Assembly (NCBI RefSeq): GCF_009914755.1
Contig: NC_060942.1
DNA from: the human T2T-CHM13v2.0 reference genome, Homo sapiens
Direction: 5' to 3' (one strand)
Length of the DNA: 64,000 nucleotides
In this document: piece after piece, positions 12,929 to 27,090 of the stretch
Layout of the letters: every line of letters begins with the position of its first letter
How positions within the stretch are numbered: the first letter of the stretch is position 1
Position numbers and translations under genes: made by a program
Notes under the pieces: generated by a model
Seen by the model: only the letters and a program-made list of their open reading frames with translations
The model's database searches: none
What the model was told of the DNA's origin: nothing

Positions 12929-14144
12929 TTATGCTCACATATTACATAAATTTAGAAAAAATAATTGGTTTATTTATGAACAACAAGAGTGCAAACTTCA
13001 TGAAACAATGTAAAATAAAATGGAGCGAGAAAAGGGGGGAATGTAATACAGAATTTAGCAAAAGCCTTTTGTTTTGTTTGTTTCATTTTTGTTTTTAATC
13101 ACCTTTCTCAGACAACCTCTTTCTCAATTGCAAATATGAAGACTCTGAGAAATATTAGCTAATTGGAGATGATGTCTTATGTTAAGACTTTCATTCAAAA
13201 ACACCTTGTAAGTTTCCCTTCCACATGATGCAGAAAAAAAATTAATTAAAAAATTAAAAAGCCTACGATCTGAGAGAGAGAGATACCTTATTTTATTATT
13301 AAGCACACATCTCCAGCCTCTGTGAATTTATCATTCCCTCGATCACTGCCTGTCTCACCCTAGAAATTAACATACATTTTATTTTTTTCTCTAGCATTAA
13401 AAATGCATTGCAATGAATAATATAGCAGGACTGTGTATAAAACTAAACCTTCCACATCCTCTTTTAAATGTTTGTTCTTCAGCAGTGATCCTCTGAGGAA
13501 AACGTATTGAAAGGATGAACAGTAATTTAATTTTTTATCATAAGCAATAGTGGCAAATAAAGGACAAAAGTACTTTGCAGTGCTTAAAGAAAAAAGATGA
13601 GATATTCATCAAGGGAAAATACTGCCTTCGGATTGACTGCCAGGTCATGCATATTCTTTTTCTTTTCAAACAGAGAAAATCACAAGATTAATATGAAAAC
13701 CTTGGAAACACTTCCTGTGTATGTCACAAGTCGAAGACATTTGCTCTACATTATTGGGGCTTTTAGAGAAATATCTAAAAGCTTTTATGACAAAGGAAGA
13801 TACCAAACAACATTTTTTATTAAAATATGAATCTAAAATTCAGAATTACCTTGTTTTTCAAAGTCTCTTGAATTATGATATTTTCTAAAACTGAGATGAG
13901 GAAAAAAATCTATTGTCAAGTTAAATTGTTAATTAGTTGTGTAAAGTAAGAAAAAAAAGTTCAGTTTTGACCAGTGCCCAAAGTCCTAATAACAAGTGAT
14001 ACATTTACTTTTTTTTTTTTTTTTAACTAATAGAAAGCTTAAAATGGCTAATATTGACTACAGGTAAAATTCAATGAAACCATACTGTCGATTTGCTTTA
14101 GAATTTCTCAGCAGCATTAAAAAGAAGTCTAAAAATAAAGCATA

Positions 14145-14487
<343 letters not shown>

Positions 14488-14861
14488 TTAGAAATTATTT
14501 TGTATTTCACTGTCATGTTATTAGATTTTGTAATACTTGATTCACGAGTAATAAAAAAAATTTAATTGGGAAGATTTTACAATGTGTGAGGAAATAAAAC
14601 TAAGATTCATATAGCAGTAACTCTATTAAACAATAATATAACTAAATTTTTCGCCTAAAATTCAAGGTCTCTGTTTAATTATCTATTCTAACCTTCAGTT
14701 GAAGATCCATGTTGAGGAACAAAACTGTAGTACTGGCAGCATCTCACCTTCAAATAACCAAAATCCTCTCATCCGAGGCCTTGTTTCTAGTTTTCCAATT
14801 TTACCCTTAGACAGAGATCCCCAAACTTTCAGTTCACAGTGCCCTTACTATCTCAGTAATT

Positions 14862-15185
14862 CTGTTTTTTGTTTGTTTGTTTTGTTTTTGTTTTTTTTTT
14901 TTTGGGACGGAGTCTTGCTCTGTCGCCCAGGCTGGAGTGCAGTGGCGCCATCTCGGCTCACTGCAAGCTCCGCCCCCGGGTTCACGCCGTTCTCCTGCCT
15001 CAGCCTCCCTAGTAGCTGGGACTGTAGGCGCCTGCTACCACGCCCGGCTAATTTTTTTGGTATTTTTAGTAGAGACGCGGTTTCATCGTGTTAGCCAGGA
15101 TGGTCTTGATCTCCTGACCTCGAGATTCGCCCGCCTCGGCCTCCCAAAGTGCTAGGATTACAGGCGTGAGCCACTGCTCCCGGCC
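14862..15185 (-). mobile_element. AluY, full length with 14-bp TSD
   Basis: Y diagnostics (gcaagctccg, ttagccaggatggtc); perfect TSD ctatctcagtaatt at 14848-14861 and 15186-15199. Confidence 0.97.
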
Positions 15186-15894
15186 CTATCTCAGTAATTA
15201 AGTGTTCCTAGGACAAAAGAAATGCCCAACGGTTACATCTATTAAGTTGTGAGATGCACACAACTTAAGAAGTACTTACGTCTTAACAACTTAGTAGATA
15301 TCTGAAAAGAGAATACACATACATTGAAAGGAAAATTAGTGTTATTTCATTCTTAAGTAGCGGTAACCTATTACTAATGGGATGTGTATTGCTGCTGCGT
15401 ATTGCACAACTTTTCAAATCAGATTAGACATCCCAATCTGAAATCAGATTAGACACCCCAATTTTCATTTGGTACTTGCTTTTTATTGCAACAAGTGCCA
15501 AAAGTAAAGAACAACTTCTCAAAAACATGATGTAAGTGAAGAGAATATAGTGTGATTTAATGTTAAGTCTGTGAACTACCCTGAGCTAGCAGTTCTCCCA
15601 ATATTCAACAGATGTCATAAGTGGAGTTTCTGTTAGAAAAAAGTTTAAATTTCCCACAGAGCCTCTAAATTTACTGAAGCACCAGCAAACCTTGGCACAG
15701 ACTTTGGAATCTACATTCCTTAAGGAAATTCTAGAGAAAAATTAAACAAGCTAATTGTATGTCTATTCTTGTCTTAAAATCTCTGATGACAATCTCATGC
15801 CTCCAGTTCCAACATCATTCTCTCTCTCTCTGTCTCATTGTCACACACATGTGCACGCGCACACACGCACACACACACATTTGATCACCTTCTA

Positions 15895-16140
15895 CCTCTC
15901 ATTTATTTCATTTATTCAAGAAATATTTATTGAGTGCCTACTATAGACATCTTGCTAAATTATAAGGGCACAGCAATGAACAAGATTCAGCCTTTGTTCA
16001 TATACAGAGCTACTGGGAAAGCTAGAGAAGCAATTAGCCAATTATAATGCTATTCTACTAAAAATAGAAAAGAGAAGAAAGTACTGTGAAAAACACATAG
16101 GCAAGATAACTAGCCCAATCTAGGGAATTTGACAGGAGTC
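15895..16140 (-). mobile_element. L2 3' end
   Basis: catttattcaagaaatatttattgagtgcctactat is the canonical reversed L2 tail. Confidence 0.8.
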
Positions 16141-16954
16141 ATAGAAATCAAAAGTCTAAGATTATCAATAGATATCATAGATAAGTATTATTCCCTATAG
16201 AGCTCAGCGTTCACTTAAATGATATACTCTAATAGATACATTTTTTTCTGTTTCACAAAAATGAAGTTTCTGATATTGGGAAACATTTGAAGGAATTGTA
16301 CCTTCTAAATTATTTAAGGGAAAAAAAATAAAGCCAGCGTCAAACACTAATACACCAAAAACTGCTATCATAAAATGGTATCATAATAGACCAAGGCAAA
16401 ATGTGCAAACCTAAAGGGATCCCCCTTTGGAGACAGTATGTTGAGGCTTTTGGAAAGAGAACATCTGATCCACGGAAATTCTGATAGAAGGATATCAACT
16501 TCACCAATTCACTGAAATGGATCTTTAGTATCCAGAGTATCTCCAAATATATGCTTTTGGTTTCATTTTTCTTCTTAATGGTTAAAATCACATACGCATG
16601 TACAGTTAGATGTGCGATGATCTCAGAACAATGATACCAAATATCTTTTTTATTTTCCTTTCTAAAATATTTCTGCTTGTAAAGTCATCTAGGGACTTAG
16701 TTAACTGTACAGTTTATAAGCTGATTGTCTCCTCCTGTCATGGCAAGTCATCACCATCATTGACATACTTATTCCTTCTGCTTATTCACGTGCACTGGGA
16801 AGCAGAAAGTACCTATGATGTCAGAAGTCTCAGGAAGTATTGCAAAAAAGGGTCAAGACCTGGCATAGAGAATTTGTATCATCAGAAGGAAAGCGTGCTC
16901 ATTGGTTTAACTCCTGCCTCTAGATGCTTTCATAGCCTTCTCTAAGCGAGCAGA

Positions 16955-17172
16955 AATAATGGTAACAAGCCCTTATGCCACACTTATTATGAACCAGGTA
17001 ACTTTCATCACGATTTACCTGTGATAAACTCTCTGACTCCATGTAACCCCGTGAGTTAGGTACTTTCATTACCCCAATGAGAAATTGAGGCACACAGAAG
17101 AAATTGTCAGATAGTGGAAATTGATTTAAAATACAGTCTAGTTTCAGCATCTTTTTCAAACCAGTGCCTCCT
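16955..17172 (-). mobile_element. MIR
   Basis: aaccccgtgagttaggtact...atgagaaattgaggcacacag. Confidence 0.7.
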
Positions 17173-19385
17173 TCCACAGATCTTTATGCTGGTTATTCCC
17201 ACCTGAATGAGTTACAGATTTATCTACAAACCATGGAGAATAGATACCTAAGAAGAAATGTAGGGATTTTTGAACAAGGAGAACCTACATATTCTCAAGT
17301 TCAGTGGAAATATTCAAACTTATAATTATTACTAATTAAGATTCTCTTATTGTCTGAGACTTCCTCCAAAGGATGTCACCATGCATCACCAGACATAAAC
17401 AAATCTTTCAAGCTAACCACAATTCTCCCAAATTGGTGTTAACCAATATATGAATAGGAAGCATCCAGCCCCTTGGCAGTAACTGCAAGGGCAGTACTGT
17501 TTTCCCTTGGCAATTCCTGCCTAGATTTTTAGTCAGCCTATGATTCTCTAGATTTGACTGATAGCTCTAACTCTCATGTTTAAACTTTAATACTGCTGTG
17601 CAATATTGACCTATTTCCATGATATTTCAAATGATGTTAGGTGGCCTGACCTCTGCTTTAGGGATCTGAAAGTTTTCCTGCCCTTTCCTGGATCTTTCTT
17701 GAAGACATGAGCCCATGCCTGCATGTCGCATTCATTGGCCTTTCCAAGAACTACAGCCAGGGGATCCAGATGTGGCCATGGTATGGTTTAGCATGTGCAG
17801 GAGAAAGCAGGCTCCTTATCTGGCATCTGAGCTTGCTTGAGTACCATGCCATGGGAGTATTTATGCAGTGAACAACCCATAGTCAGAAAATGTTTTTTCA
17901 ATATTCAGAGTTCATGAAACAGTAATATTCTTATGCATTGGTTTTAAATGTCTGGCTTTTTCCTGTAACCAATGAGTCATCCAGGCTGGGATGTTTTGCA
18001 GTTATTTCAGATAATGTAAAACCTCACTACATGAAGGGAAATAACATGCACTATATATTAGAACTTACTTTTTCTCCACAGTTTCCAAGATTTACATCAA
18101 ATAGGAAAAATAACACGGTGAAAGCATTCTTCGGGTCATTTTTAAAAAGTAAAGTAACTGAAGTCAGATGCCAGAATGCATTTCAGTTGACTGTGACTTT
18201 TTTTCCTGTTTGGTAAAGAATGATTGTGATAACAGCCTGATCATGAGCTTGATAGAAAAATGCAGGGCCACGTATTGTTCCTAACCAACAGCACCATCTT
18301 CTGTCTGCAGGATGTCAGATCTGGGAAAAGGATAGCTCGCTTTGCCATGAGGCATTCAAATTTGAGGGCTTAGACAAACAATGTAAATCCCCTTTCTTCC
18401 TACCTTGACATCGGTGAGGTCAAATTCATTTTAAAACAGTGAAAACTGCATTTTAGGAAAAATAAGCTTAAAATTCAACCAAGAATTGCACATGGAAAGC
18501 AACATCACAACATCAATATCGTTCTGCTTCTTGCAGAACTGTACTCACCCAGGTATCCTTTTATCTATACTTCCCACTTAGAAATTCTGCAAAAAAGGCT
18601 GAAATTTCATGGATTTTACAGAAAGGGGAGTGTGACCTCTAGTTTGTTACAATTACAATGATTTAGAAAACTATCTCAAATATTGGAGTCACCCCCATCT
18701 GAATATTACAAGGGGGAAAATAGGAAGATCTAGAGGTGTGAATAATGTCACACAACCCCTTTAAATATGTATACCTTCCAAACAAAAAGCTATGTGAAAC
18801 ATGTATAGCCACTCCTTTTTGTTGTCTGTTTTAGATAAATCAACTAACTGAAGCCTTAAGCAATTAAATAATTTATAAAGGAAAAGCTAATTTGCTACTA
18901 AATTTGTCAAATGCATTAAGTAATGTAATGAATAGTAATGCAGGTGAGTGTGCAGGAGGTCACAGCACAGGTCTAAGTGGTGCTTAGGTACATCTGGGCA
19001 AGTCTAGTGGGGACATGGTTTCTCCAAGATTCTGTGTTCAAGGGGGCTGAGAAGAGGTCATCCTGAGGTGAAATGAATCCAGGTACCAACCAGCCATGCA
19101 TCCTAAACCATAAACAGTAGGAAAAGTCTGGAAACATGACTTTTGTCCTCATATCTGCCTCCCAAATGAGTCTTTTGAAGAGCAGGGAAACTATATAAAA
19201 TCTGAGGAAGTTTCGGCCCTAACATTTTGTAACACATTGGAACGCAAGTCGACCTATCTCTACAGGAACATCACCCAGAGACGGGCTTTCACTCCAAACT
19301 TGTCACACACCACTGTGCGATATTGCGATTATATGATAGTGATGTTGGGCCAAGCATCTCTGGTGTCTGAGAAGAGAACATTTCA

Positions 19386-19835
<450 letters not shown>

Positions 19836-22800
19836 TCAGTTATCACAGTTATCACATGTCCATTCATTCCTTTTAGTGAAATTATAGAATTCAAGTGTGA
19901 ACACAGGAGGGCTTAGTTCTCAGGAAAAAAATATAAATAAAAGATTCACATGATTAATATGTAATATTTCTCAAAGGACCTTACATCACTTAACCAACCT
20001 TCGAATTACCTCTACATAGTCAAAGAATTGTGCTATTATAAGTAAATATTATGAATTAATTTAAGATGGATCCTTTGGGCAGAAATGGATTTTTTTTTTC
20101 CTAAAAAATACCAACATTGGTTGTGAAGTCAGCTAAAATTTAATGGAGAAGTACACAACTATCCATTTTGTTTTCGCTAGACAGGTAGTATTTGACATTT
20201 TTTTTTTTTCCTACTTGAAGACATGGAAGCATGTAAATGATCCCTTGCTATTTGTGATTCTATTTGTTACATTTATTCAAATTTTCTACAGAAAGATGTT
20301 TGAATTAGAACCAATAAGTTTCCTGGTAAATAAGTGACACAACCTTGCCCAAGTCCTGAAGTCATTGATTCCAAAGGACTAAGCTGCTGTGCCAGTTTAC
20401 CTGTGGAGACTACAGAAACCAAAACTATGCCAAATAGAGAAATGTAAATGTCCTTACTGGAATTTGAATGGTAAACACGTGACTTTTTTCTCCAGAATAG
20501 AAATCCTTACAGATGTTTAAATCATTGCAACTCAAAACTATTTAAAAACAATTGGCTACAGAAACCCACTAATCAATGCAGAAATTACAGTAGAATAATA
20601 GGTTGCTATAAAAATTGTATAAGTTAATTTTCAGGTAGAAATATTAGTGGGTTTTTCCTAATTTATATCTTTTTAATCTTTCACAGTCTTCATTTAAACT
20701 TCATTAGAAAGTTTTCAGAACACTCATGATGCTATATTTTCTTAGTTTCCCTCTTATATTAACCACATCTCCCAGTCGAATTACTTTCATTGCAAATATC
20801 GTTTTAAGATCTCTGCTTTTCAAAGATGCAATTAACAAGAAATTGAGGATGCTGTTTTAAGGAGCCATGTCCTAAGCTTCCCCAAAACCAGACCATTTTC
20901 AAGCCATCAGTTAAGATCATAAAATGTGATTTAGAGGATTTTATGTATTTAATTTCTACAGCAGATATCTGAACGAGTACCTTTTAGCACAGTTGCCTAT
21001 GTTGTAGACTTAAAGTAACTTTTTGAGAAGCACAGAATGTCTTTTCTGAGTCAACACAGCTATATGGTTTATAAAAGAACCATCTGCTCTCTTTAAGTGC
21101 ATACTTTGTTAACCAGACACTAGGCAGCTATCTCTAGTCTCTCTGCTTGCCCTTTGCCCCCTGCCAAGGTCATTCCAGGGAAAACAGAACACTTCGCATT
21201 GAGAATCAGCTTTTCATTCAAAGCTTCCCCCATTCTCCTATGGATTTTAATCATATCCTTAATGTGAAATGGCATCAAGGACAAATTATCCAAGACAGAA
21301 GACAAAATGCTTAGTTTCTAAGAGCTTTACTTAACTATACCACTGCCTTATATGCCTGGTACAGAAATGGAAAAAAAAATCAGTATGTGAGCACTTTCTG
21401 CCCAGAGCCAGGACCCTAAAGATTGAGAATACTCGTATCAGTTCTGAATAAACACTTATATAAGGCAACAGGTGTTGTAAAACCAGCCTTTCATCATCTG
21501 CCTCCTAAAACTCAAAAGATAATAAAGATGCTGATGAGAAACCACTAGGGTAAGTGAACAACTTTAAGTAATCCATTAAAGGGCAAGATTCTGGTTCAAA
21601 AGGACCAAGAAATTGATCTTCCTTTTTCCTCTCATATCAGGGCACATTGATAGTTATTGACTCTTCTTATACAATAATGAATGTGTTGCTGGGTAAATTC
21701 CTAGATGGGAAGAAGGTGAAAAAAAAATCAAGAGTAGAAGCCTATTAAAATAAACCCCTTAATGTGAGTGTTCCAGAAGTATGGTGGCTTTTGCAACCAA
21801 AGAGCCGTAAATCAGAGAGCTTGCTACTATCATTTTAATAAATACAAAGAATGCCACTGATGATCTTGAAATAAATTCTTACCAAATTTGATAATTATTT
21901 AAGTAATTTCTTTAAAACCTACACTATTAATAATAGTTCTTTTATATTTTTGACAAAAATACAACTTTAAACCAACATGATAATAAATCTAATATCACTC
22001 TATTTTTTCCCTGTTTGCATTCATTTCAACTGCAGCAAAATAGTACAATCATTCCTTGAATTGACACCAGTTTACCCAAGTATTGGCTTTGAATGAGTAA
22101 ACATTCATTAGGAAATGAGCTTTAAATGTAAACTGGTAGGCAAAGTTTCAATTTAACAAGAAATCTTCAGACTGTCATGATGGTGAAGAAATTAAAATTC
22201 AACTCCTCCTTTGTAAGTTCTTAAAAGGGTGCATGCCAAATTTTTATATATTGCTTGCATTCCCTCCTACATCACTAACCTTCTGCCTAAGTAAGTAAAT
22301 AAATATTGGAAGTATTTATCATATTTCTTCTTTGGAGCTTTGCTCAAATACACGAGCTGCCACTTTGAAATATCCTCCTGGAATCATAAATTCCAAAGAA
22401 TTCACTGTCTTTGTTTGGAACATCTGCTGAGACATTTTTCCTTCTCTGTCATAAAGAAGGGCCTTAACCAAACACAGACATTAATAATTTGAGGAGATAA
22501 AGAAAGGATTATTCATTTACAATTAGATTATAAGAGAGTCAAGTCATTTGAAGTAAATGGAAGCTATTTTTTGTAGAAATGCCGGGGAGCTAAGAGCCTG
22601 AAAAATCATTATAGCATATTTTACATTGGAGAATTGGGAGGTCAAGCCATTAACTTTCTGAATTTGCAGAGGTTTCCCAGAAGCTTGCTCAAATCCACTC
22701 CTAGGCCAGTGTTAAACTTATTCAACTTATTAGCATAATAACATAAATGACCATTTGCAAAATGAAGAATGACAAGAGTTTCTAAATACAGTTAGCAAAA

Positions 22801-23359
22801 TCTCAGGGTCACATTGAAAAATAAAATGATAAACAAAAGTCTGTACAGTATCAAACCATGCAAGAAAAAAGCAGGTTTTTAAATTTGCCTACAAAAGATG
22901 ACTAGCCTTACTTCTCTGAATAAATTTGTGTTTATAATAATTATCAAAATTAAAAACTAGTAGAATCCTTATGTAATAAAATGAGTGAGATTTGAAAAGA
23001 AAATTAAAAACGTATATTTTTATGAAATATTTCTAAAGCCCTTACTAAGTAGGTTTTAAATTGCTTTTATGTTGCTTAGCAATTAATAGAAAAAAATAAC
23101 AGGTGGTGAAAAATAGATTTTAAACAAAGTAGTCCTTTACTTTTGCCCAGCTAATCACAATTGTTTCAATTCAAGGAACTAAAAAGAGATAAAAACATTT
23201 AGCTATGAAAATTCTTAGCATTCGTAATAATTTTGAGTCAAAACTTATAGTGTTTAATATATGTTTCATCTATAATTTTTCCTTTCACCAAACATCCAAC
23301 ATATAAGAAAATATATTACTTCACCAATGCCTAAGAAATGCCTAGGGAGAATAATATAT

Positions 23360-23398
<39 letters not shown>

Positions 23399-23409
23399 AT
23401 TTATATATA
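23360..23409. repeat. (CA)15(TA)n microsatellite
   Basis: Seen directly. Confidence 0.95.
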
Positions 23410-24354
23410 GCCCTGGACATGACTTCGTCAAAGCACAGATTACAAAAGAACTGTATTGCCATATAAAAGCAAAGCACTTATTCAAGACTTCAGGTCAGAA
23501 ATGCTGATATATAAGTATTTAAATTTTATGGATTATGCAGAGATATATTCAGATGGCTTAGATTCTGATTTCAATTCTATTACATATGTCCTATGTTTGT
23601 AGCCAGTATTGAATTAGGTAATATAAGCAAAGTACCTAGAGCTTTTTTCAAATAATAACAAGGTTCTCTCATATCTTCTTCAACTATTCAATGATCAATA
23701 GATAGTTAGAGCATCTTTCATGTACAACACTAGACTAGGCTCTAGAGAAGATGCCACAAAAGTACATGACATAATCCTTGCCATTAAGAAGCTTATAGTA
23801 AAGATGGGTAGTTAAGAAACATCAGCTAAATTATATTTAGGGGAAATAAAACCTGTAGGCATTCAAAAGTAATAGTGATTTAAAAAAAAAAAAAAAAACA
23901 GAAAATAATCCAGGAAATTTTCAAAAAAAAATGTTCTAATTGGAAGAACTCTTAGAATTATTATTTGGAACACCCACCAATGTAGAATTCTTCTTAGGAC
24001 AACTTTTATTTCCTAATTGATAAATTGCTTTTTTAAATCAAAATTTCCCCTTCTAGTACTCCAACACTAGATCCAGTTTCCCTTTCTGAGAAGACTTTAA
24101 AATTAAATACTTCAATGTTCAGATATTTCATGAAGGATATAGTTGAAAATAAAAGTGTTAATAAAAATAATTAATAAAATCAAGAATACTATTTTGTTCT
24201 ACAAATCGATATGATTCAACATTTCTTTTCAATATTATTAAATTCACCATGTTTATACCTGTCCTCTAAGTCTGCAGTTAAGTTAATCCTTCAATAATTA
24301 CTTAGTTTGATGGTATGCTGAAAAGCATTAGTAGCTATGTATGACTAATAGAGA

Positions 24355-24485
24355 TTAATTCACTTATTCATTTATTCGGCAAATATTTATGAAATGCTTC
24401 TAAGTGCCAAGCAATGTTACAAACCCTGGGGATGGAGCAGTGAATACAATAGGTAAAAATCCTAACCTCGGAAATTTATATTAAG
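24355..24485 (-). mobile_element. L2 3' end
   Basis: attcatttattcggcaaatatttat...gtgccaagca...gcagtgaata. Confidence 0.75.
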
Positions 24486-25221
24486 AAATGAAGGCTTAAA
24501 GACGAAACAAAAGGTAGTTAGCACAATTCTTTGTCTTGCATTAGACTCCTCTTTGTTGTCAATTTATTCCTCAGAAATCATATCGACGAACGTGAGAGTG
24601 ATTTTATTCACCTTCTATTTGTTCTCTTTTTCCAATAGAGGAAGAAGAAAAAAAAATTCATATGTGCCTAAGCTAGACTTCACAGATTGCATATACAGAC
24701 TGCCTTGCTAGTAGGGAACTCCTGAAGCCTATGGGGGAATAAAGTAATTTGTATTCCAATTTCAAATTCATGAAGATTTTTATAGAATGTCAAAGAATGT
24801 TATACTCTTTGAAGATGATCTAAGTAAAGATATCAGTTCAGTCAAATACACTCAGATTACTATCAACTCTTTTCTCTTTCCAATTCCTGAAAATGAGGAT
24901 GTCCTTTGCTTTGACACTTACTTGATATTGTAGTAATATATCTTCAAGAATTGGTCTTGAGCCATTAAGAGAAATGCTAAAATCTTTTTGGTTTTTGGGT
25001 TTTGTTGTTGTTGTTGTTTTTGCCTATATATATATATCACAGAAAGTATCTTTTCTGTGGTAATTAAAATTGCTGAGCTAATAGTAAAAACTGAGTAGCT
25101 TGACTATTTCTATCAAATCCATGTAAATAACTGAAGGTGCTGACTGCTTAGCCACTTTTCCATATCACACAAGAAACTTTACAACTAATACACATCAAAA
25201 AAAATGGAATCTTTATTTATT

Positions 25222-25337
25222 GGATATAATGTACACTCTTTGGGTAATGGGTGCACTAAAAGCCCTGACTTCGTCACTTCACAGTATATCCAATGTAATA
25301 AAACTGCACTTGAACCCCTTAAATCTATAAAAATAAT
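25222..25337 (+). mobile_element. L1PB/L1MA 3' terminal fragment
   Basis: gtaatgggtgcactaaaagccctgacttc...aaaactgcacttgaaccccttaaatctataaaaataa. Confidence 0.8.
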
Positions 25338-26830
25338 TTAAGAATTCAATCTGGAACTTTTAGCCAATAAAACCAAGCTGTTGACATTTCTGCAATTTAT
25401 TTTATTTTTCCATTAGCATAAATGAAAATAACTCCTGGTGACACAACCTTGGCTCATATGAGTCACAAAAAGAGTTAAAATAAGTGTCTTATGAACTAGT
25501 TTCTGCACGAAAACCAGGGTGAAATGACAGGAGTATGAGCCCTGCTTGTTTTCTTGTGCTCATTCTGATGCTATTCTCTGAGTTTGGTGGAAAAAAGGAA
25601 GACCAATTGTCTACTGTGTTAACAGCACAGCACTGACACTTCAGTTCTTTTCTATCTATTTCTTGATAATTGGGTCACCAACCATATCTTTAGGCCAACT
25701 ATTTAGCATACAAAAATACTATGTCATCATAGTGTCAGGAAGCTGCGTGTAAACTATACATGGAAAAGCCCAGAGTTCCTCTCCACAGAATACAGTAGAG
25801 GAGAATAGATTAATCTTTACCTTTCAGATTATTCCCATTCAAATCCCCAAAGACTCTCCTTCCTAGTCTAGTTCTCTCTCTGCCTCATTTCTCATGTTAT
25901 ATTCCATACATAGGTTTAATCTACTCCTATCACCAGTACCAAACAGTTACTTTCTCCTCTTTCCTCCAAGAATCTATGTGAATTTTTTTTCAGTTGATGT
26001 TGCAAGTTGTCCCTTGGTTTCTCATTTATTAAAGTTTCCCTGTGATATTTTGCATGTTCCTTCCCAGCCAAGCAAATTATTCAGAAGTTGTGTCTTCATC
26101 TCTAAAACAGGGATAAATCCCTAAGCCATAGAGTTGTTGGGAGAATTGCATTAAATAAAATATGTTCACCAGTAGCACTCTTCTGTCCCAGGCTGGCAAA
26201 AAGTAGCTCCTGTAAGTATTCTGTTTCTCATCTTCTCCTATTCACCTGCTGTCCAAAATCCACACCACCCTTTCCCACCTGCCACTTAGAGGCTCAGGTG
26301 TTGTTCTGTTATCAGTAAATCCCTTTTGAATCATTATTCTGCTGATCATGGATTACACATGGATTTGTGGTTCTATCTGCCCATTGTAACTAATATTTGT
26401 ATGAGGTTTTTCTAAACAATAACAGAAACACAGAGATTCAAAATACAAATTTAATTCTCTTATCAGAAACTACTTTTTCCTTCCTCTGTGCTACCATAGT
26501 CTGCTTTTTGTTAATATTGTACTAGCCAACATTTGCTTTATGTGGTTGTTTGCTTATATATGTACATAATGTACACACACACATATGTGTATATGTGTAT
26601 ATAGAGAGAGAAGGAGAGAAGATACTAATTTTTGAAGATAAAGATATAAACTTTTGTTCACCACTGTGGCGTCAGTGAGACACAACTACATATTATATGT
26701 AGCAGCATATGCTTAACAAATATCTTATATATTTTACTTAATAGGGACAGGACACACAAATTACAATCAGTTAAGATGCCACAAAAGTGATGAGCCACAG
26801 TGCTTCTTAGTAATATAAAAATCTTCCTGT

Positions 26831-27090
26831 AAGGACAAAAAACCAAACACCGCATGTTCTCACTCATAGGTGGGAATTGAACAATGAGAACACATGGACA
26901 CAGGAAGGGGAACATCACACACTGGGGACTGTCGTGGGATGGGCAGAGAGGGGAGGGATAGCATTACGAGATATACCTAATGCTAAATGATGAGTTAATG
27001 TGTGCAGCACACCAACATGGCACATGTATACATATGTAACAAACCTGCACGTTGTGCACATGTACCCTAAAACTTAAAGTATAATAAAAA
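26831..27090 (+). mobile_element. L1PA3/4-like 3' end, heavily 5'-truncated
   Basis: Low-divergence L1PA 3' UTR; degenerate TSD aaaaatcttcctgt / aaaaaacttgctgt. Confidence 0.93.

Noticed and set aside
14699-15155. ORFs of 90-130 aa here and at 2254, 19383 and 60841, plus shorter ones at 48048 and 51482
   Set aside because: Antisense-Alu translations (LECSG, SPASAS, GLELLTS motifs).
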